A program made the translations under genes and the position numbers. 64,000 nucleotides of DNA from Mobula hypostoma (Eukaryota), in NCBI RefSeq assembly GCF_963921235.1, contig NC_086098.1, positions 186,001 through 250,000 on the forward strand. Direction: 5' to 3'. Numbering within the stretch: the first letter of the stretch is position 1; each line of letters begins with the position of its first letter. Under the pieces are notes generated by a model, which made no database searches, was not told where the DNA came from, and saw only the letters and a list, made by a program, of their open reading frames with translations. This document shows positions 59,856 to 64,000 of the stretch, in pieces.

Positions 59856-61728
59856 CTATACGGGGCCCAGTTTGAGGTGAGAACTGACAACAACCCCTCA
59901 CTTATATCCTGACCTCGGCAAAGCTGGACGCTACTGGGCACCGGTGGTTAGTGGCCTTGTCTGCCTATGAGTTCAGCCTGAAGTACCGCCCGGGAAGTCA
60001 GAACATCGAGGCAGATGCCCTGTCTCGTCGGACGCATGATGAGTCGGGCACGGCTGAGGAGTGGAAGAGTGTCCCTGCCCCAGGAGTAAAGGCCATGTGT
60101 CAAGTTGGGAGCGATGGCGAAGTAGGAGCCCAGGTGGGAATGGATCGGGCAATAGATCAATTGGGGGTTGACGATGAAGCACTACCCACTGTTTACTGTA
60201 ATTTGACTGCTCTGAGGAACAGGCAGCTGCCGGAGTTGAGCCCCCAGGAAGTGGGGGCGCGGGATGGCCCAAGCATTGGCACTATCTGGTACGCGGTTAG
60301 CTGGGGTGATATGGGGCAGGTGGAGAAGGTGAAACATGCCTCCGTTCCCCTATTACTGAAGGAGTGGCCTCGGTTGAAGCTGAAGAACCACGTCCTGTAC
60401 CGGGTCACGTTGCCCCTGGACCACCCCTGGCACTGGCAGCTGGTCATGCCTGAGAAGTATCGGAAGACTGTGCTCCAGGCACTACATGATGATTCCGGAC
60501 ACTTAGGGGTAGAGAAAACCTATAGATTACTCAAGGAACGGTTTTACTGGCCCCAGATGAGGGGGGAGGTTGAAGAATATTGTAAGACCTGTAGTCGTTG
60601 CATCCGGAGGAAGACCTTGCCTGCGCAGGAGGCTCCTTTGTTCCATTTGCAGAGTGCGGGACCCATGGACCTGGTGTGTATGGATTTCCTGTCTATTGAG
60701 CCAGACACCAGCAACATCACCAATGTCTTGGTCCCCACGGATCACTGCACTAGATATGTGCAGGCTTTTCCTACCAAGGACCAGAAAGCGACTACAGTGG
60801 CGAAGGTGTTATGGGAGAAGTACTTTGTTCATTATGGCCTTCCCCGGCGGATCCACAGTGATCAGGGACGGGACTTCGAGAGCAGGCTTATACATGAATT
60901 ACTGGGTATGCTTGGGGTTGAGAAATCCAGAACCACCCCCTATCACCCGCAGGGTGATCCTCAGCCCGAGAGGTTTAACCGGACCCTGCTGGACATGCTC
61001 GGCACTTTGGAGATTGGACAGAAGAGTAAGTGGAGTCAGCACATCGCCCATTTGGTTCACTGTTACAATTGTACGTGCAATGATGCTACGGGGTACTCGC
61101 CCTATTATCTGATGTTCAGACGGGAAGCGAGGTTGCCCATTGATCTGTGTTTTGGGACTGAAGCGGGTGAAATACCTTCGAAGCCTGTCTGAAGTACGTG
61201 TCCGATATGAGGAGAGAATTGAAAAGGGCGTACGAGTTGGCTGAGGCGGCAGCCACCAAGCAGAATCAGCGGAATAAGAAGAGGAATGATCAGAAAGTAA
61301 AGTTCGTCCAGCTATTGCCGGGAGACCGAGTCCTTATCCGGAATTCAGGACTACCTGGTAAGCACAAGTTGGCGGACCGTTGGGCAGCCACCCCCTATGT
61401 GGTGGAGAGCCAGATGCCGAATCTTCCTGTTCACCGGGTGAGACCCGAGGATGGGAAGGGGCCTGTCAAGGTACTCCATCGGAACCACCTGTTGCCTCTG
61501 GGTCGCGAGGTGCAGGTAGACCTAGAGCCCAAATGGGAGTTTACGCCTAGTATGAGGAATCTGCGAGGGCATGGGGCGAGGGAAGAGCCCGCTGCGAAAG
61601 AGACGGGGTCGGTCCCCACCTCGAGAAGGGATACGTCATCGGAAGACGATGATTCGGACGTGTGGTACCTGTTTCCATTTGCTGATTCCCCGGTGCCGGG
61701 AGAAGAGGCTCTTCCATCACTGAGTTAG
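59856..61728 (+). pseudogene. Host Gypsy RNase H end and integrase (HHCC, DDE, GPY/F-like region)
   Basis: TDNNPL, YRPG..N..ADALSR, LHDDSGHLG..CKTCSRC, CMDF, HSDQGRDFES, PERFNRTL, RWAATPYVV..HRNHLLP; frameshift near 61190. Confidence 0.92.
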
Positions 61729-62098
61729 GGGAACTGAGGGAGGGTGTTGCAGAGCCGCCTGTATTACAGCCGGAATTGGGGGAGGAGAGGGTGGAACCAG
61801 AACCTGAGGCAGAGGGCTCACAGGTGCTGAGGGATCCCAGTGAGGGGGAGGGTCCGACAGATAGGCCCGGAGGGTCACCTGGGGTGTCTGAACAGGGAGA
61901 GTCAGCAGAGCAAGTCCAGAGGCCTCAGAGGTGTAGGCATTCCCTGGAGAGACTAACTTATACAGCGCCGGGAGAGCAGGGTGTGATCTCTACAGCCCTG
62001 GGAAGTTATGTCACTGCTTTATGCACCTGGGTTGGGTTTTGTGTTTTACAAGGAGCACTGGTGAACTCTGTTAACGTCATGAGGGCATGACTTTTATT

Positions 62099-62111
62099 GG
62101 TGGGGGGAGAG
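62099..62111 (+). promoter_or_regulatory. Polypurine tract of host Gypsy
   Basis: ggtggggggagag abutting the 3' LTR. Confidence 0.85.
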
Positions 62112-62884
62112 TGTATGGGGTCTTTCTTTTTGTTAAATTTAAAATGGCTTCTTTGTTATGTTAAATGCTGAGAAAGTCTCTAGCTAGACATTTGCTTGGG
62201 TTAATACAGACAGCAGGGTGCTATTAGCCAATGGGTGGTCATGTATCATTTTGTTTTTGGATATAATGCTGTATCATATGACTGGGGACGGGGTTTTGGC
62301 GGGGAGTCAGAGGAGAGGCGGGGAGTCGGAGGAGAGACGGGGAGTCGGAGGAGAGACGGGGAGTCGGAGGAGAGACGGGGAGGACAGAGGACGGGGTTTT
62401 GGCGGGGAGTCGGAGGAGAGATGGGGAGGATGGTGGACGGGGTTTTGGCGGGGAGTCGGAGGAGAGACGGGGAGGATGGAGGACGGGATTTTGGCAGGGA
62501 GTCGGAGGAGAGACAGGGAGGACGGAGGACGTGCGGAAAGGCTCCGGTTGATCACTTCGGGTGGTCATGAGCTGTGAGTCGACAGGATTCGGGTGGTCGT
62601 CAGGAATTGATTGAGCTCCAACGGTTGCGCGCCAAGAACTTGGACTTTGATAAGTCTTGGCGCCTTTTTTTTTCATTACGTCCTTTACTGTATTGAATTT
62701 ATATTAATGTCATAGAACTAGTAATATCTAGAAAGTGTACTTGGTAAAACGTACTGGGTGTGCTGGCTGATGATTGATGTTTGGGATTGATTCGGGTGGC
62801 AACCGACTCCGTGGGAAGCATTGAGGCAGGTGCTGGGTGGGATTTCCCCTAGACATATACAAGCCAATATAACTGAACATTACA
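62112..62884 (+). repeat. 3' LTR of host Gypsy (773 bp) with expanded G-rich minisatellite
   Basis: Repeat of 48701-49296 plus extra ggggagtcggaggagagac-type units at ~62286-62530. Confidence 0.95.
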
Positions 62885-63298
62885 TATGTGTCTGTCAGAA
62901 TAAAAGTTAAAATAACAGGTGTAGGGAACCATGATTTACAAGAAACATTGAGGCCCTGGTTAATAAAAAAAAGTAATTGCATAGCAGGTACAGGCAAGTA
63001 GGAACTAATTGGGTGCTTAAGGAATATAAGAAATGCAAGCAAATGCTTAAGAATGCAGTAAGGATGGCTATAAGAAGTTGCCCCAGCCGATAAGGTGAAG
63101 GAGAATCCTAAGGAATTCTTCAGAAATTTTTAAGAGGAAAAGGATTGCAAGGGCCCAAATTGGTCTTCTGGAAGATCAAGATGGTAATCTATCTGTGGAG
63201 CCAAAAGAGATAAGTGAGATCTCAAATATTTTTTTGCATCTTTGTTTACTGAAGAGACTGACTCCAAGTGAGGCAAAATGGCATCAACTTTATGGATC

Positions 63299-63463
63299 CT
63301 TTAAAGGAAAGATATGTCGCATCCAGAGTTACCCCGGTTAGCGGATGATTTTGTTCCACTCCTCTCTGACGTAGTGGGGAACCGCATACGAGGCAAGTGA
63401 CAGCAGTGGTTTGCCATTGCCTTCTGCCAGGTGAGTTCCCAAAGAGATCACCAGCTCGTAACC
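63299..63463 (-). mobile_element. Short RTE-related (Bov-A-like core) insertion in a CR1 remnant
   Basis: Minus strand agaaggcaatggcaaaccactgctgtcacttgcct resembles the recalled RTE/Bov-A motif agaaggcaatggca...cactcc...cttgcct. Confidence 0.45.
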
Positions 63464-63589
63464 CAGTACAGATGGAGAATGTGTCTGTTGTCCTGAGGCA
63501 AAACAGGATGGATAAATCCCCAGGGTCTGACAAGGGTTCCCTTAGACCCTGTGGGAGGCAAGTGCAGAAATTGCCAGGGCCCAAACAGA

Positions 63590-64000
63590 CATGATAGAGT
63601 GAGGAGATGATAGAGAGGAGCTATAGGCAGGTAGTCACACCTGGGCCTCGAGAGACAGATAAGTGAGTAACACTTAGGAGAGGGAAGGGCAAGAGTCAGA
63701 TACTAGAGAGTATCCCTGTGGCTGTCCCCCTTAACAATAAGTACTCCTGTTTGAGTACTGTTTGGGGGGGGGGGCGCAATGGGGGAAGCAACAGCTGCCG
63801 TGCCTCTTGCACAGAGTCTGACCCTGTGGCTCAGAAGGGTAGGGAAATGAATAAGGCAGCAGTGATAGGAACTCTATAGTTAGGGGGTCAGACAGGTGAC
63901 TCTGTGGACACAGGAAAGAAACATGGATGGTAGTTTGCCTCCCAGGTGCCAGGGTCCTGGATGTTTCTGATCGCGTCCACTATGCCCTGAGGTGGGAAGG
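63590..64000 (+). mobile_element. CR1 ORF1 fragment running off the window
   Basis: Similar to the minus-strand copy at ~42170-42530 (VAVPLNNKYSCL, LPGARV). Confidence 0.8.

Larger units (their letters stand above)
48701..62884 (+). mobile_element. Ty3/Gypsy LTR retrotransposon with PNMA-like gag, defective, inserted in a CR1 and hosting two nested elements
   Basis: Two TG..CA LTRs, PBS, PPT, imperfect TSD catg/tatg (48697-48700 / 62885-62888), order gag-RT-RNaseH-INT. Flanking CR1 text rejoins. Confidence 0.95.

Noticed and set aside
61198..62090. Possible env-like ORFs after the integrase
   Set aside because: They read as the frameshifted integrase C-terminal extension; no signal peptide, furin site or fusion-peptide layout seen.
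62286..62530. Repeat arrays (also 56227-56400) as possible CRISPR
   Set aside because: Tandem units without unique spacers, no cas genes, and a eukaryotic context.

Overview
This is vertebrate nuclear DNA made almost entirely of nested retrotransposons. The repeat mix (esterase-type CR1, Rex1/Babar, fish-type L1, Poseidon-type Penelope, Gypsy) suggests a cartilaginous fish such as a ray or shark; this is an inference, not a database result. No host protein-coding gene, tRNA, rRNA or CRISPR array is supported. Main contents: (1) a near full-length degraded L1 (~3637-13010) hit by three Penelope-like (PLE) insertions; (2) many CR1 LINE copies from several subfamilies, one with a 924-aa nearly intact ORF2 (31970-34744); (3) two Rex1/Babar LINEs; (4) a PNMA-gag-type Gypsy element (48701-62884) that contains a CR1 and a young 4.9-kb Gmr1-like LTR element (54976-59851), whose single open 960-aa ORF keeps Gag and protease but only remnants of integrase and RT; (5) a related solo LTR at 19980-20834; (6) a probable Copia/GalEa-like integrase relic. 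The most interesting signals are minimal type-I hammerhead ribozyme motifs at the PLE 3' ends, a TSD-flanked perfect 78-bp palindrome whose axis falls on the predicted ribozyme cleavage site, the intact Gag-Pro ORF of the pol-defective Gmr1-like element, and a tight cluster of mismatches between its otherwise matching LTRs. I see no convincing wholly new system. All comparisons were made by eye, and boundaries of degraded fragments are approximate.
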